NCBI RefSeq assembly: GCF_040938485.1
Contig: NW_027270975.1
Location: forward strand, 2,170,001-2,234,000
Length of the DNA: 64,000 nucleotides
Direction of reading: 5' to 3'
Origin: Diadema antillarum
Taxonomy: Eukaryota
Below are positions 1 through 13,688 of this stretch, piece after piece; the stretch's first letter is position 1, and each line of letters begins with the position of its first letter. A program made the position numbers and the translations under genes. The notes under the pieces were generated by a model. It worked only from the letters and a program-made list of their open reading frames with translations, searched no databases and was not told the DNA's origin.

Positions 1-85
1 GTTGATGACGAGTCCCGAGTATACTCGGGCAGGCGTCTATGGGAAAAGCGTGTTGTAGCAAAATCAGCCTGTCCTCAACGGGTAA
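1..85. mobile_element. short TTAA/CCC-ended MITE-like element (piggyBac-like termini), left end cut by the window edge
   Basis: GTTGATGAC at 1-9 pairs with GTCCTCAAC in the right end GTCCTCAACGGGTAA (71-85). Perfect internal palindrome CCCGAGTATACTCGGG at 14-29. A related copy lies at 27517-27610. The superfamily is inferred from CCC...GGG ends plus TTAA. Confidence 0.55.
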
Positions 86-628
86 GACAAATGGTTGCTG
101 GTTTGTTTTAAAACCAAATTATCCTCGACAGCTGAGACAGTTTTGATCACTCACACTTTCATTTATCATCAATCTGCTCCTGATTCCAAGGCAAAAAGAA
201 TTCAATCTACACTGAATGTACTTGTGTCAAAACCCACTATGACTGACATCCTATAGCTCAGGGCTGTGTTGGTCTGCCGAACAAATTATGGGTGCAAAGC
301 GGAGGTACAATTCTGATCCTAATTGGCCTTGAAACTGGGTAGACTTTAGTTAGAGGAATCCTGGGGAAACTTGACAAGCACTGACAATGAACTGACACCT
401 TGTGAGCTGACTTCAAACACGTGCCATCGAATGATAGGGACTATTAGGACCAAAAATATCCCACAATTTGCTGAGATGACACTGAAAGTGAAAGTGGAAG
501 ACACTATTACCTGTTCTTACTGACATTTGAGAGGATAGTTTGGGTGAAGAAATTGCTCATGGGACCGACCGCAAGAAGGCAGGAAAGATAATGAAGAAGC
601 TTTGAGGTGAGAAATTTCTGTGGCCATT

Positions 629-641
629 AGGTCAATGACCT
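629..641. promoter_or_regulatory. perfect IR1 nuclear-receptor element AGGTCA-A-TGACCT
   Basis: Exact inverted repeat of the AGGTCA half-site with a 1-nt spacer, the known FXR/RXR and EcR/USP arrangement. Function not shown. Confidence 0.35.
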
Positions 642-2469
642 CGACGTTTTCTACACATCAGTTAGTCTATCAAACATCTAACTCTTTTTAATGGACTGGA
701 TTGAAGTTTGTGTTGGGTATTACTTTACACAGAAACCAAAGAGTAAGGAATGTATATATTCAAATCTATGGATATATCAATCTATGGATATATCATCCAT
801 GGGGCTATGGATACAAGCTATTCATTTCATCTATTTACTTTGTATCTTGAATACATGTATCAAAATTGTGAAATCTAGTTTGAATCCATAAGTCTTTGCT
901 ATGTCAAGCAATCCTTTGGCAAGCTTTCTGGTAGTCAGAAACATCTTTTTTTTTTCTATTGTATAAAGTATACATAAAATATGAATATGTCAGCAGACTG
1001 GTCCATTAGTCATGGCTATATGTCAAGCAAGCCTCAGCAACTTGCTGCTGAGAGATATTATGTTAGTAAAACTGGTTGCATAAGATCTGACTGTGTCAAT
1101 AAACAGGCTTTTAAATTAAACAAAATGAACAAAAATGTGACAGATGACAATCTATTCTGTATCAGTGAGACTCATTAAAAATAACATGTGGCAAAAATGT
1201 TTGCATAAATCATATTTCCATGCTATATATAACACTACTTTGCAGCTGGTACAAATTATGTTCAGTTTTTATTTATTTTTATTTATCTATTTATTCATGG
1301 TTTAAAAGATAACTACCATGGCAGCCTAACAAGGCCGAATTGAGGTAGTTTACACAGTAATACAACATAACAAAACAATATCACATACAAGTTGCTTGAG
1401 ATTTCAACAGTTTGTTTGCCTGAAATATGTTTTATTATTCTTTGGAGAGAAATTAAGTTTAAAATGGACACAAAGTTTCAAGTAGCTGACACTGAAAGTG
1501 ACATAAGAAAGTTTATGGACCATCTTACACACATTAGAAATGTATGTTTTCAATGGAACTCTAAAGTAAGTATAAACTATGTTTCCTCAGGATTACCTAC
1601 ACTACCTCTATGATTCATCCCAGTCTACCTTTTTGGAGCTGCAAGAGGGATTACCTCATCAAGTATTAAGTACATTCTTAAACTATTTCGCTTTACAGGC
1701 TAGCAGACATAATTTTTCCGTAGATATGAGTCGTACCGAGTGTATATTGGTCAAAGAGGTCAGTTCTGAGGACTGGCCACTGGAAGTTGACCCCAGTAGA
1801 GATGTTCAGAGCTGGGATGCCATGGACACTTTGGATGGACAAGCAGAGAAGGCCCAAACCTGGGTTGAGGAGAGAATCAAAGATGAAAAACTTTGAGAAA
1901 AGTTAACAACCACATACGTATAGGAATGAATATGAACATATAGATAAATGGATTGCATGAATAAGGCATTAGTGAACAGATTTAACGAAATGAACATATA
2001 TGGTATGAGAGGCAGATACAACCAGTATTTGATGGAGGTGGCTATGCATATGGTTGAACAGAGGGCTTTGTGAGAAAATGTTGCACAGCTCAATAAATGG
2101 AATGTGATTGAGGGCTGCATCAGCATTGAGCAAGTACCTCTGAATAAAAAGTACATACATTTCTGAATGAATTATAGTATAAACATCACAAGGTGCTGAA
2201 AGTGATTCAGGAAGACATTGGAGTAACAGGAACATATCATTCATGCTTGTAGACAATGCTTCAAAACAGGAATTCAATGTTTTCAGTTCATAACCAAGAA
2301 ATTAAAGAAGTATAGTTCTGCCAAACAGCTGTCTGGTAGAGAGGTGAAAATAACAAGTCAAGGAAATATGACTGAAGGACTTGTTCTTGTTATGCAAAGA
2401 CTCAATTACCAAAAAATCCTTGTTTCATCGGCACACCTGAAAAGTGGTGATAGATAATAACTTGGGGTG

Positions 2470-2760
2470 AGGGAAAGAGAGAAAGAGACGATGGGAAGTG
2501 AAGGAAGAGGAGGAAGAGGGGGAAGAGGGGGAGAAATGGTGACAGGGAGAGGTGTGCAAAATAGAATAAAAATGAGATAGATACAAATATAAAGAGAAAG
2601 ATAAACAGGTTTATAGATATATAGAGAGAAAGTATATGGAACAAGATATGAATATATGGTATATAGTTATATAAAGTGCACATACTACATAAATAGAGAA
2701 AGAAAGAGAAGGAGAGAGTGCCTGAATAGATATGTAGAGAGTATTATAAAAGTAACATAG
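2470..2760. repeat. purine-rich (GA/A) low-complexity tract
   Basis: GGAAGAGG/AGAG/ATAT-rich sequence on the + strand. The overlapping minus-strand ORFs are F/L/S-rich artefacts. Confidence 0.65.
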
Positions 2761-3625
2761 ATGAAAAGGATAATACACTGTTTGAGTAGACAACAAACTA
2801 AAAACATATGCATCATTTTATCAAGCTTTAACTTTAAGCCAAGTGTAGTAAGCTATCTCAAAGCTAGCTCCTTTCAAAGACTGAGAAGTGACAGGAGGCT
2901 TCCTACACTGACTCGTAAGCTAAGCTCAGAGATCTTCTTAAGGAGCACAAAAATCTGCAAGATATCGCAAAGCTCTGGCTTCCTTTATCAGATACATAAA
3001 ATCAGAAACAGCTTGACATTTTTAGGAATAAAGATTTGAACAAGAATTTCCTTGAAGATCAACCCTTTGACATGAAAAATGTATGTGTCATAACACAGCC
3101 GACAAGCCTATACATGCAAGCTTACACATTAATAAGTTAGTCTGCAGCCTTCACTAACAGAGCTTCATACACTTTCCAATATTTCACCCCCTATGACAAA
3201 ATAGAAATCTTTGCAAATGATTATTCCAAATTTTCATATTTGGTTACTTTTTAACCATCACCAGTTTACATTTACATTATGCTTTAAATCCAGGCAATGG
3301 TGAGTGCAACAGAACAAAAGCAGGCCCTACTCAACAGAAAAATTAAGACCAACTTTAGTCTGAAGGGAAGGATTAAATGCATGTACTTTCCCATCACATT
3401 GACAAATAATTCTAGATAATATCAATCTGTCTGTCATAAAACATTTTGAAAACAGTGAATGAAGGTTCATGTTTTTTTTTGTTTTTTTTTTCTCCTGGAG
3501 GCACACACAGTTATCAATTATTGTACCATTGTATCATATGTATTTTTCTTTTCTTTTCTTTTCTTTCTTCTTCTTTTGGACTGTTAATGCTGATTTTGTT
3601 AATGTTATTGTGTTTTCTAATCTAT

Positions 3626-3703
3626 TTGTATGAGTAGCAAAGTGCGCTTAGAAACATCAGTATGAAGCGCCATATAAATGCAATTATTATTATTATTATT
3701 ATT
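3626..3703 (+). mobile_element. L2-clade LINE/SINE 3' tail with (ATT)n
   Basis: AAAGTGCGCTTAGAAAC...TGAAGCGCCATATAAATGCAATT followed by (ATT)n resembles the AAGCGC...TATATAAAT + (ATT)n end typical of L2 elements and L2-mobilised SINEs. Confidence 0.45.
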
Positions 3704-4364
3704 CATGTATGGTCATCAAAGAGGCTTTCTGATCTTCCTTTACTGTATAAATTGCACACTTTTTGAATATGCATGCTATGCTATGCTGTGAGAGTGTGGG
3801 GGATAAACTGATTTTGCTGAGTTCATTGGCACATTATTTATGGCACAGAGTTCATCGGCACATTATTGATAATCAAGATAACATTCTCGATGACAGTTTG
3901 ACAAGGATAACTGCCCTGCAGGTACACACCTGTATTTCAAGGGGAAACATTTTTCGCTTCTGCTTTGCATCACACAGATTAGGCGACAGATAAGATCAGA
4001 CAGCGCCTCTCATCATTCGCATCATTCATTAACCTTACTCATTAATGTTCCCCGTCAAAAAAATGGGATGCTTTGTCGCCGTGACAACATAACTCACTTC
4101 CTCACTGTAATTGGAAGACTTTGTGAGGTGGAAGGCAGTAATGTGGAAAACAACCCTTGTGCTACTCAATTCATCCTCAAAGGATCTTTAGCCATGTACG
4201 CACCTGTCGTATCTAATTTAGCTTTGGTGCTTTAATAAACACCAGATTTTTAGCTCTAATTACTCTATATTCAAGCTCTACATTTATGGCTCTCATTCTT
4301 TTATCAGGGTTTCACCACAATAGCAAAAACTATAAAAAACTTGCAAGTTCTTCTTGTCTTGTTT

Positions 4365-4677
4365 CTGAAAATACATGCAGTTCACTCTAATGGGATTATT
4401 TCTGTTTGATGAAAATCTGTTTTGAAATGGCTGAGATATCCAAAAACAAGGTGAAACAAAGAGATCCTAATAAAGTTGTGGCATGTCGCCTTTTATTATT
4501 AGCATTTTTTTTTTTGGATATCTCAGCCATTTGAAAACCAATTTTCATCAAATAAACATTGAATCCTTCTTAAAATTACATGCTCTTTCATATTTCATAA
4601 GAGGCTTTTCAATATCTCACTTAGCAATGTTCAAAACATGAACCCCTACCTCAACCAGTACTGTACAGTCCCTTTAA
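4365..4677. mobile_element. degenerate copy of a TTAAAGGG...CCCTTTAA foldback MITE (Kolobok/ANGEL-like termini)
   Basis: Internal inverted repeat TTTGATGAAAAT..GAAATGGCTGAGATATCCAAAAA / TTTTTGGATATCTCAGCCATTT..ATTTTCATCAAA. Right end ACTGTACAGTCCCTTTAA. Long stretches align with 58688-59077. The left terminus is eroded. Confidence 0.7.
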
Positions 4678-6583
4678 AGATTCATTCAGATAGAATATTG
4701 TCAGACTTCACATATAAACAATATAAAAAAAGACCCTATACTGCAAGGGAAAGAATATCATTGTATGGAAGTGTGGCTGACATACTAACATATTCCTCAG
4801 CAGCTCTGCAAAATTTACAAATAAATTATGCAAATGCCTGTGGAGGGCAGCTCATATTATTTGGTGCTATTCTCTGAGTTAAATGATGATTACTTTTCCA
4901 GCGACTCTGCAGCAATACCTGATGTCTCACAAGTTTATGACAAGCAAAGAAAGTAAATTTGCACCAAGATATCCCGATAGTCCTGGATAAAGGCATAGTT
5001 GCCTAGCAGCAGGACGAGATTGAGGAATGCATCACCATTTCTACCATACTACACTACCTAGCAACAAATCATATGGAGTCATAAATGGAGCGTAGCAAAA
5101 TTTTGCATGAATGAAATTGCCACGGGCCACCCCCCATTAATATCTAGTCTATAATACCAGACTCCATTGTTCATGATCTTAACCCAATGCTATGATGACA
5201 AGTTTATTAAAAAATCATGGTCAAATCTCATTTGGGGAAAATAGATATGATGGAAAATATGAAATTGTTGCAGTATTTCTCATGCATGTCTGTGCTATTG
5301 TTGATGAAAACAATTCTTCACATGGTCTGTTTGAAATAATCCAAGCGTAAATAGTGATAGGGGTGGTCTGTTTTCAGCCTATTGGACTACAACGTGTACA
5401 AACGATATGACCTGCATGACAAATAGACAGAAAGTGGTGTACACAGAATTAGTGGGCTTAACTCCTCAGCTCTGTAAAGGGCCGCTTTCTCCTGGAACCA
5501 ATTTTGGGGTGGCAGGGTGCATGTAAACATGCGGGGACAGAAAACCAAACATTTGAGACTGGTGTACTTGTAGATTCCAAGCACAGTTTATATACTGGCA
5601 AGCTTTATCAATGTTGTGAACTTCAACAAGTAGAGAGGGAACATGCATGTGGATTATAGGTGAGTCCCTTGTAATCTGAGTTGTAGATTTCTTGATTTCG
5701 CACAACTAGGGCAGCAATGATTTCTTTGTTTTTTCTTCACACGATTCGCTGGAATGTTGCACCCATGAATCGGGCACCCCGGCATTCATACTCAATCATG
5801 CGCGGTGCCTGGAAGCCACCGTCAATACCGGGCTTTTAACTCCCGCCCGACTTGAAGTCGATGTCAACATGTTTTGTGCCACTCACAATGTGGATATATT
5901 GCCTTCCCTGCTTTGTAACTCCCCGGCTAAACGCCTCTGATAGTGTGTTTTGTGAGTAGTAGTACTGCCTCTGGTTCTACTTATTGCCTGTTTGTGAGGA
6001 CCACGCACTGAGTGAAAGTCAACTAAGGTATCATATGAAGCTCATGTACCTGGTAGTACCCTGCTGACTCTATCTTTTGGCAAAGAAAAAAAAAACACCA
6101 CCAACTACTCCACTGACTGCAAGCTGGGAACTTTCCAATCTCGGTGTGTATTCAACACTTGATATCATAGTCTCTGACAGCAATTTTCGTTTTTGTGTGC
6201 ATGCATCATTGTATGCATCATTTTTTATTTTTAACCTGCAATGTTTTTTTGGGTGGAATGAGTCATGAATAGAGAACTTAAAGCCTCACACACAGCTTGG
6301 CTACTTCTTGAAGGGAGCAAGGTACTCAAGAGCTACTTCAATCAGTGAATGCACATCAAACACATGGATTCCTTGGAGTTCTAACAAAAATCATTGGTCA
6401 TCTATAGAACAGTGGCATGCCCTATGAACCATCAGCAGAACTTACACAAGAACTCCCACAGCCTTAGAATGAAAGATGCAAACTCCAGCCTCATTTTGGA
6501 CAAATCTTTTGGAACCTTAAATGGCAACATATTCGGCAGAGTCTCAATGACAACTTGTGATGTTGGTGCTGAACTACAATGCT

Positions 6584-6597
6584 GTTGCCATGGTAAC
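6584..6597. promoter_or_regulatory. RFX X-box GTTGCCATGGTAAC
   Basis: Near-perfect match to the palindromic RFX consensus GTTGCCATGGCAAC. Confidence 0.45.
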
Positions 6598-9057
6598 TGA
6601 ATCAGGAAAGAAGTCATGTACATGAAGACAATCTACAGACACAACGAAAATACTTTCCTATTTGAGGACCTATGATCATAATGCAGCTGATGATGTTGCT
6701 CAAATGTCTTTTGTCTCATTTCCCAACAGCTTTTATTTCACAGCAGATTAAGTTGAGATGTTCACAGCTTTGTTCCGCAAACTCCTTTAGTATTTTTATA
6801 ACATGAGTGATATCAAATCGAGGAATGCTTCATGGGATAGTGCTGTCGGTTACCTGGTACTGTGCCTGAAAATTGTCATTGCCAAGTCATGTGATGCCTG
6901 AAAAAAAAGAAGCAGCAGTTCTGGGAAACCCTGGAAAAACTCTGGGAGAACATACCCTGGGAGGATGCAAAATGTTCATGTGAGCATGCACTCTGAAAAC
7001 CAAAGGGCATTAACCCTGCATGGAAACAATGGTGAAGTTTGAAAGCACTCTTCCTTAGCTTCATCTGATATGCCACATCAAGATGGAAAGACAGAGAGAG
7101 AAAGATATAAAGAAAGAGAATTCTATCTATCACTTGAGCTTGTGAGAGAAAGAGAGAGAGATAGATAGAAGAAAGGAAGTAAGAGAGGGAGAAGGGAAGA
7201 GACATCACCATATGTTTCTACCATGGTCATTACAACTTTCTCACTCTACTCCACACCCTACCACCACACCCTAATGACGACCACAGTGATTTGAACTACA
7301 ACTGTACGAGATGCAGGTCAAAGTCAAGACCGGAAGATTTATAAAGCCACGATGGATCAACCTCCCCCACCGAGTCGAGCCCGGCGCCTACAGGGTTAAG
7401 ATGAACCCCAATGTCAACTGCCAGGTCTGGAGTTCCCTTGGAACCACAAATATACCAACCATGTCCTTGACAGAACTCCAGTTCTTTCGCTCCCCATGAG
7501 TCTTATTCCACCATAATATGTCGTAGCATGTCCTCATCTGCCTTGCACTCTAGCCGGAATCTCTTAGCACCCAAGCACCTCTCAGGATTTTATGGAGGCG
7601 TTTGTCCGCCAAATTTCGACATATCACCGAATGTCTACATAATGAGGTAACATTAGAGATAGTTCGCTACCTTTATTTGCCATGTGTGGACTAGATTACT
7701 GTGGAGTCACGCTAGGATAGTAGCTCATGGATGAAAGTTTCAAATATGGAAGCGACAAGTGCCTGTTTGGCAGAATATAGAAACTGATGTGCGGAGTGCT
7801 GTGTGCTATTTTGGTACACTGATCGTAATCTGGGGCAGGTGGGGAAATGTCTTTATTTATGTATTAAGAAGAAATGGCAAGTGGCGTAGATCCATCTTTA
7901 CTATTTTCAAGATCATTTCTCTTCCTCATATCCAATGGAAAAAACATTATGAAATAAAAAAAAAAAACATAATGGGACAGAAGCGCCTACATGTATGTGG
8001 AATCTGGCCTTCTGAGTTTCTATTTAGAGCAATGCAGAGGAATATTGGATTGATAATGGTGAGAATTCACTCAGCAAAGTATCAGCTTACTGTTTGCAGC
8101 CAAAGTAGACAGTGAGTCTGAAGTAGAACAGTGAAGAAGTACAACTGGACTTATGATGCTATGTTTTCATTTGTGTAAAACATACTTATTGTTAAAATCA
8201 ACAAAAATATTTCCAGTAAACTAGCTACTGGATTTCGTGGTTGATACACAGATTAAAACAGACAGGGGAAAGCTTCGGTTTAATCTCTGTCTGTCTCAAT
8301 CTCTTTCTCTCTCAGCTGAACCCACGTGCAGTGAACTGTATCATTCTCACAAATGCAAATCTGCATTATTTGTGGATACACTTTTGTGTTTCTCCACAAC
8401 TCATAGAAAAGGATTCAGTCTGACCAGCTTCCTTTCATGTTTTCCCTGAGCAACTTTCACAATGGTCAAACGAACAGTGGCCAGGAGGCCTTGAGCGGTC
8501 ACTCGCTAAATCTACGTTCACTCAGCGCACGTCGGAAATCTTTTGTGAGCATTGACTAAACATACCTCGGGTACTCTTTTGATTCATAATACACAAATAT
8601 GCAGTCATTTTGCCCATTGCCACCTTCACAGAAAAAACTATCGTGAGTATTTCATGCTTCTATATCGCACAAGGGGCCATGTTTGTGATGGTATCTGCTG
8701 ATAAACTTTGTTTTTAAAATTATCAAAAAATTGAGATTCTTTGGACATTTCACACTGTACTGCTAACACAGTTGAATGGGCAATGTGGTATAAACATGGC
8801 ATGATCCAAATTCTCTGTCACTATACATATAAGAAACCTGCAACCAACAAAGTCAGTGTGATCAAGTTTAGACTAGAACTGTCACTGGATCACAGGTTTT
8901 AAAGCAACGAGGGTATCTCCTGAAAACTCCCGGAAATTTTTCACTGCAGGGGACTACCATATTTGATACTTTAATATCTCCCACTGTCAGTCACACTTCT
9001 ACAGGTCCTTACTACTGTACAATGGAATCACTGCTCAATGAAACATCAAGTCTGTAG

Positions 9058-9147
9058 TTAACCCTCGACAAGCTGCCACAGTGTGTATGACCTGTGGATC
9101 CACGCAGAAATCCTGTGGACTTACATGTCTGGCACCACAAGAGTTAA
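9058..9147. mobile_element. possible 90-bp TTAA-bounded MITE
   Basis: Begins TTAACCCTCG and ends GGCACCACAAGAGTTAA, an imperfect terminal inversion. Its size is similar to the elements at 1-85 and 27517-27610. Confidence 0.3.
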
Positions 9148-11491
9148 AACGATCGCACTGAAAGACAGCTGGATGTTTTCACTGACATGTCTGCATTCAT
9201 CACAAAGGAAACTTGCGGCAAGTTGACGCATCCCGTCGGATATTCTACCCTTCTAAGGCAAACTGGAGGCCAAGGTTGTCCTACTGTATAGTGGACATTG
9301 TCTTCCTGTTATGTAACATTACCAACTAAATTTGGACAATGTTTGATGAGACATGTTTTATGCAGTGGACACTGATTGTGTCTCTTCAAGGCTTATCTGG
9401 TTTGGATGCAATAGACGAGTCATGAAGTGGATTAACCATCATTCTGCTCTTAACGAGAAATGGAACTCTTTCTGGGATTGCCGAAGAAGACTATTTAACC
9501 CATTCATCGCTGGAGATTTACTCCATCATTGCACGACATCATGAGGTGAATAACAGATATGTGTCATAGTTCATTTACGAACCACAGGAATGCTGGTTGA
9601 TGATATGTATACTTTGAGGTACCTGGTGCAATGCTGTGACACATTAAGAGCCATGCTGTACCCGCTAAATATTTTGCAAGGCTTTTATCTTTGTGAATCT
9701 AGTGCTATTCGTGAATTGAAAAACCTGGGAAAATATCAATGCTGATCCTGACATGAATGTGGTATAAATGCAGCACTTCTATGAAAAGTTTGCCAACCAC
9801 TTTACCACATAATCATATAGGCTTAATATCTACTCTGCTCAAGATTGGATCTCTTATTTATGATATCTAAAATACATAATATTGCACATTTCATTGCGAC
9901 TTCTTTATTTCACAAGCTGATCAGCGAACGAAAGACAATTCAAGAAGTTGGACATCATTCTCTCGATCAGGACTGAAACAGGATCTGAAGAGTAAATGAT
10001 TAGAGACTGGATCATCCTGGATAATATGTAATACTTCCTGTCCAAAATGCAAATGAGCAAATGGATTTATTGATAGCACTGTTTTGTCTACAGTGGCGAT
10101 TTGACAGAGAGTGTGCAGCGTCAGAATCACCATGCAACAACGGAGGAGCCAGAAAGCCGTGAGGTCACTGCAGGAAGTGCATCCTGCAGAGGTCAACATC
10201 CTGTTCACTTGGGAATCAAAAACAAAACCGCCGACTTTGCTTCGGACGTGTCAGAACACATCCTGGGTGATCACTCAAGTTTCCTCTCATTTCGCATCAC
10301 TTTAAGATTTGATTTGTTTGTTACATCCTCATCCCCCTGGTCAACATCAATGACAAGATGGATCGAGAGAAGTCACTTCTTGTGAGAAGATCGGAACCAA
10401 AGTCATCTGACAATATTCATCCGTGCCCTTCATTGATAAGTGAGGCAAAACAAAACTGGTATTAGGCAGTGATGCTCTGAATGACTGCACTTACTGATGA
10501 CAGAATATGGAACTTACCGACGACAAAACATGGAACTTACAAATTAGCAGAGACCTCGGTGGTTTGCATGATGAATCAGATCTTTGGTGGATGATATCCA
10601 TGATGTGCAAAGAATGTTGTTTGTTGCGAGACTTCAATTGTCTTGTCTGATGTTGATTAATGATTTTTAATATCTATTTCTCTTTTTTATGATCAGGAAT
10701 TACTGCCACACCTGCTGCTGAGTCTCACTGGCAAATCTTCATCCCTGGAGATAGGGACATCTTCTGCCTTGAGCCTGACTAATTCTTTGATCTGGAGCGA
10801 GGGGGCAAACACCCCTTGAAGTCAGGGGGATTAGCATGCTGTAAAATAATCAAGTCATGTTTTGATGAGACACTGAGAGACCTGTATTTGCTAACTGCCG
10901 AGAACTACATGTAGCGCCGACTCAATGTCACAAACCGCGTTGCTGTATGACAGTGTAGTTATTGCAGAATTAATTAGTCAGTGTGATGCCCGGGTTAAGT
11001 GAGTACTGAAGCTTTCCAACTTGGGGCATGGCTGGTGGCTGACTACACTGTGTATACCCAGACTTGATGAGGGAAGAGAGAGAGAAGAGAGTGAGCAAAG
11101 CTGCCAGATGCTAACTAAAAGTAAAACCTGGGAAAATGATTCTGCAAAGTCAGGTCACACAATGTCAAGACTTTTAGCACTGGAGTACACCAATCGCAAC
11201 CTAATGTCCTGGTAATTATTATTTTTAGCAAGCTTCAGTGTTACTTTTATCAAGCTCGGAGGGGAAACAACCCAAAAGAGGAAAAGGGAACTTGAGTGTG
11301 TTGAAAAAATAAACCCTGTTTGGAGCGGCCATTGAACAAGTGTCAATGTATAGGGCCCCGATCAATCCATAGCTCAGCTACTTTCGCTAGGAACAATAGC
11401 AGCGAGAATGACGATGCAGCCTGTACATATGGATAGTACTGGTCTGGAATCACACAGGACTTGAGATTGTGAATGAGGATTTGGATATGCT

Positions 11492-11504
11492 GTTGCCAGG
11501 TAAC
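11492..11504. promoter_or_regulatory. RFX X-box GTTGCCAGGTAAC
   Basis: 13-bp X-box variant (GTTGCC-A-GGTAAC). Confidence 0.35.
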
Positions 11505-12731
11505 CCCTCCGATCAGAAGAGTCGTGGAGGAACCAAGATGGCATTCTCAGAGATCAGAAAAAAGTTTGAGAACAGGTGAGTTACTCAGCAAACCTTGGGT
11601 AAAGTTGGCGATGGTGCAAATGCTCCAAGTACAGCTGGAAAAATGCACATAATTATGACAAACATACGTATTTATGTGGTAAGCTTTTTGGTTCCTTTTT
11701 TTTTGGTGGTCATGCTTAAGGCAAGTGTCCCTCATTAGCAATTCCACCTAACTCCTGTAATATTCCATATAAATCTTTGACATTAACATTACAGTCGCAT
11801 GGAACAAATTTTACATCAAAGATTATCCTAGTTTTGCAATAGCTATATGGTTATGTTGTAATTGGTCTACAGCTGTAGATACATTATTCTGTGTTCATTG
11901 AGGGCGATGCAGCAGCGTCTTTGCAATATTTCATCTGCCCTCATTACCACAGAATTACACATAGTATCAACTTTATACAGGTTCTATATCTCGCCCTGAA
12001 TTTATGTAAGAGGGTTTTTTTTTTTGTGTGTCAAAATGGGACCAAATCAACTCCACATGTGAGTTATGAGAACATTGAAAGAATCAGGACCATTTAATGT
12101 TACAACATATTGCATTTTAATTGTGAATGCTATTTATCTAGAAAATGTCACTTATGTGCTGCTAGTAGTGCATCCATTTTCAAGGCAGAAGTGGCCTTCC
12201 TCATAATCAACCAGTGATTTTTTTGTCCATGATACATTGTGGTTGCCTGGAGTGGTAAGAGCTTTGGAGAAGACAATCGTGTAAAGAGATGATAGAGAAA
12301 AGATCTGACTGACTCTAGCTGCAGGAATCGAGCTCTCATCCCCCTTGCTAATCTCCTTGCATGAATCATACCGCGTACCCTTTGAGCATTCAAGCTGCAC
12401 TATTCAGTGTGATCATATGACGAATGCATGCAGCTCACACAAAGATGCCATTTAGGGGGGTGAATTTCGGCAAATAAATTGCCCGAAATTGTCGATGAGT
12501 ATTCTTATTGGCTGAATCATGCGGCACGGAATGGCGAGGGAAGTACCAAGGGGGCCTGCATTGCTCGCTGGATTCATACTGAATCAAAAGTCAAATTTTT
12601 TCTTGAGTCCACACAGAGTACACACGATATATCATGAATACAAAATTGGGGGCAATGTACTGAGGATATTTTACTGGAGATATTTTGCCAGAGTATCTGA
12701 CCTGCATGATACCTGTTGGACAATAATGAGG

Positions 12732-12865
12732 NNNNNNNNNNNNNNNNNNNNNNNNNNNNNNNNNNNNNNNNNNNNNNNNNNNNNNNNNNNNNNNNNNNNN
12801 NNNNNNNNNNNNNNNNNNNNNNNNNNNNNNNNNNNNNNNNNNNNNNNNNNNNNNNNNNNNNNNNN
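12732..12865. other. assembly gap (134 N)
   Basis: Run of n. ORFs spanning it (12519-13034, 12591-12881, 12716-12961) are artefacts. Confidence 1.
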
Positions 12866-13688
12866 TCATCTTTATTACCATTTATCTTTTTTTATAGCAG
12901 ATTCAGGCAACAGCATTCTTTGCAACCAGCTGTACACATTATTCATATACAGCACTTTTGATTCAATTCAAATTCATATTACCATTTCTAATTCTATAGA
13001 AATCTTTGTGAAGAGACTGAAGAAAAGAGAGTGATTTATGTCTTGAATCTGTGTGCATTCATAGAAAGCAAACTCAAGATATGCTAAGAAACACAAAGAA
13101 GTACATATCTTAGTTTTGTTTTTTTATGTGGGTTTAAGTCATGAAGATGGAGACATGCATTAAATCAAAAACCCACTGTATGTAATGTGCCCAAGCGCAA
13201 CTAACATTAAACTCACTGCGCAAAGAACACTTCTTGATGAAGTTGAATAGAAAAATAAATAGCAGTCCACATATACGAAAGATATTTTTCTGTACAACAA
13301 ATTCAGTATTTACACATGTTCCAACTGAGTAAACACAAAGAAGTGATATCAACTGTAAGGAATATTGCCTCTTATTCCTTGTTCCTGTATATGATGGTAG
13401 TATGGCATTTAAAGTCTAAATTCTGTCAAATTCCACAAACTAGAGTCAACAGTAACAAAAAGAACCCCTTTTTATAATCATGTTTTATAGAAACATGTCT
13501 AATGCCAAGTGAGATATTTTGTACATCTGACACTCTTTGCTTGCATCATGAACTTCTGTAATGATGTTTTTAAAAATCCATTTGGCCAAGTGTGGTCCCA
13601 AGGTGTTTCAGTCAATTCTGGGTGTGCAGTCTTCCTCATACCAGATATTTATACATTTCATAGGTTTGAATTCCGCAATTTTGGTCTA

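Noticed and set aside
5378-5950. 282-nt symmetric exon candidate (TTTTCAG| ... AG|GTGAGT) and the adjoining GC-richer block
   Set aside because: All frames contain stops and no domain is recognisable.
7780-7860. CAECCVLFWY...GK resembling a Helitron Rep zinc-binding start
   Set aside because: The match is too short and degenerate, and no Rep or helicase motifs are nearby.
10094-10162. EGF-like peptide ECAASESPCNNGG after a good acceptor
   Set aside because: An in-frame TGA follows within a few codons and the remaining cysteines of an EGF domain are missing.
12519-13034. 171-aa ORF
   Set aside because: It spans the N gap, so its length is an artefact.
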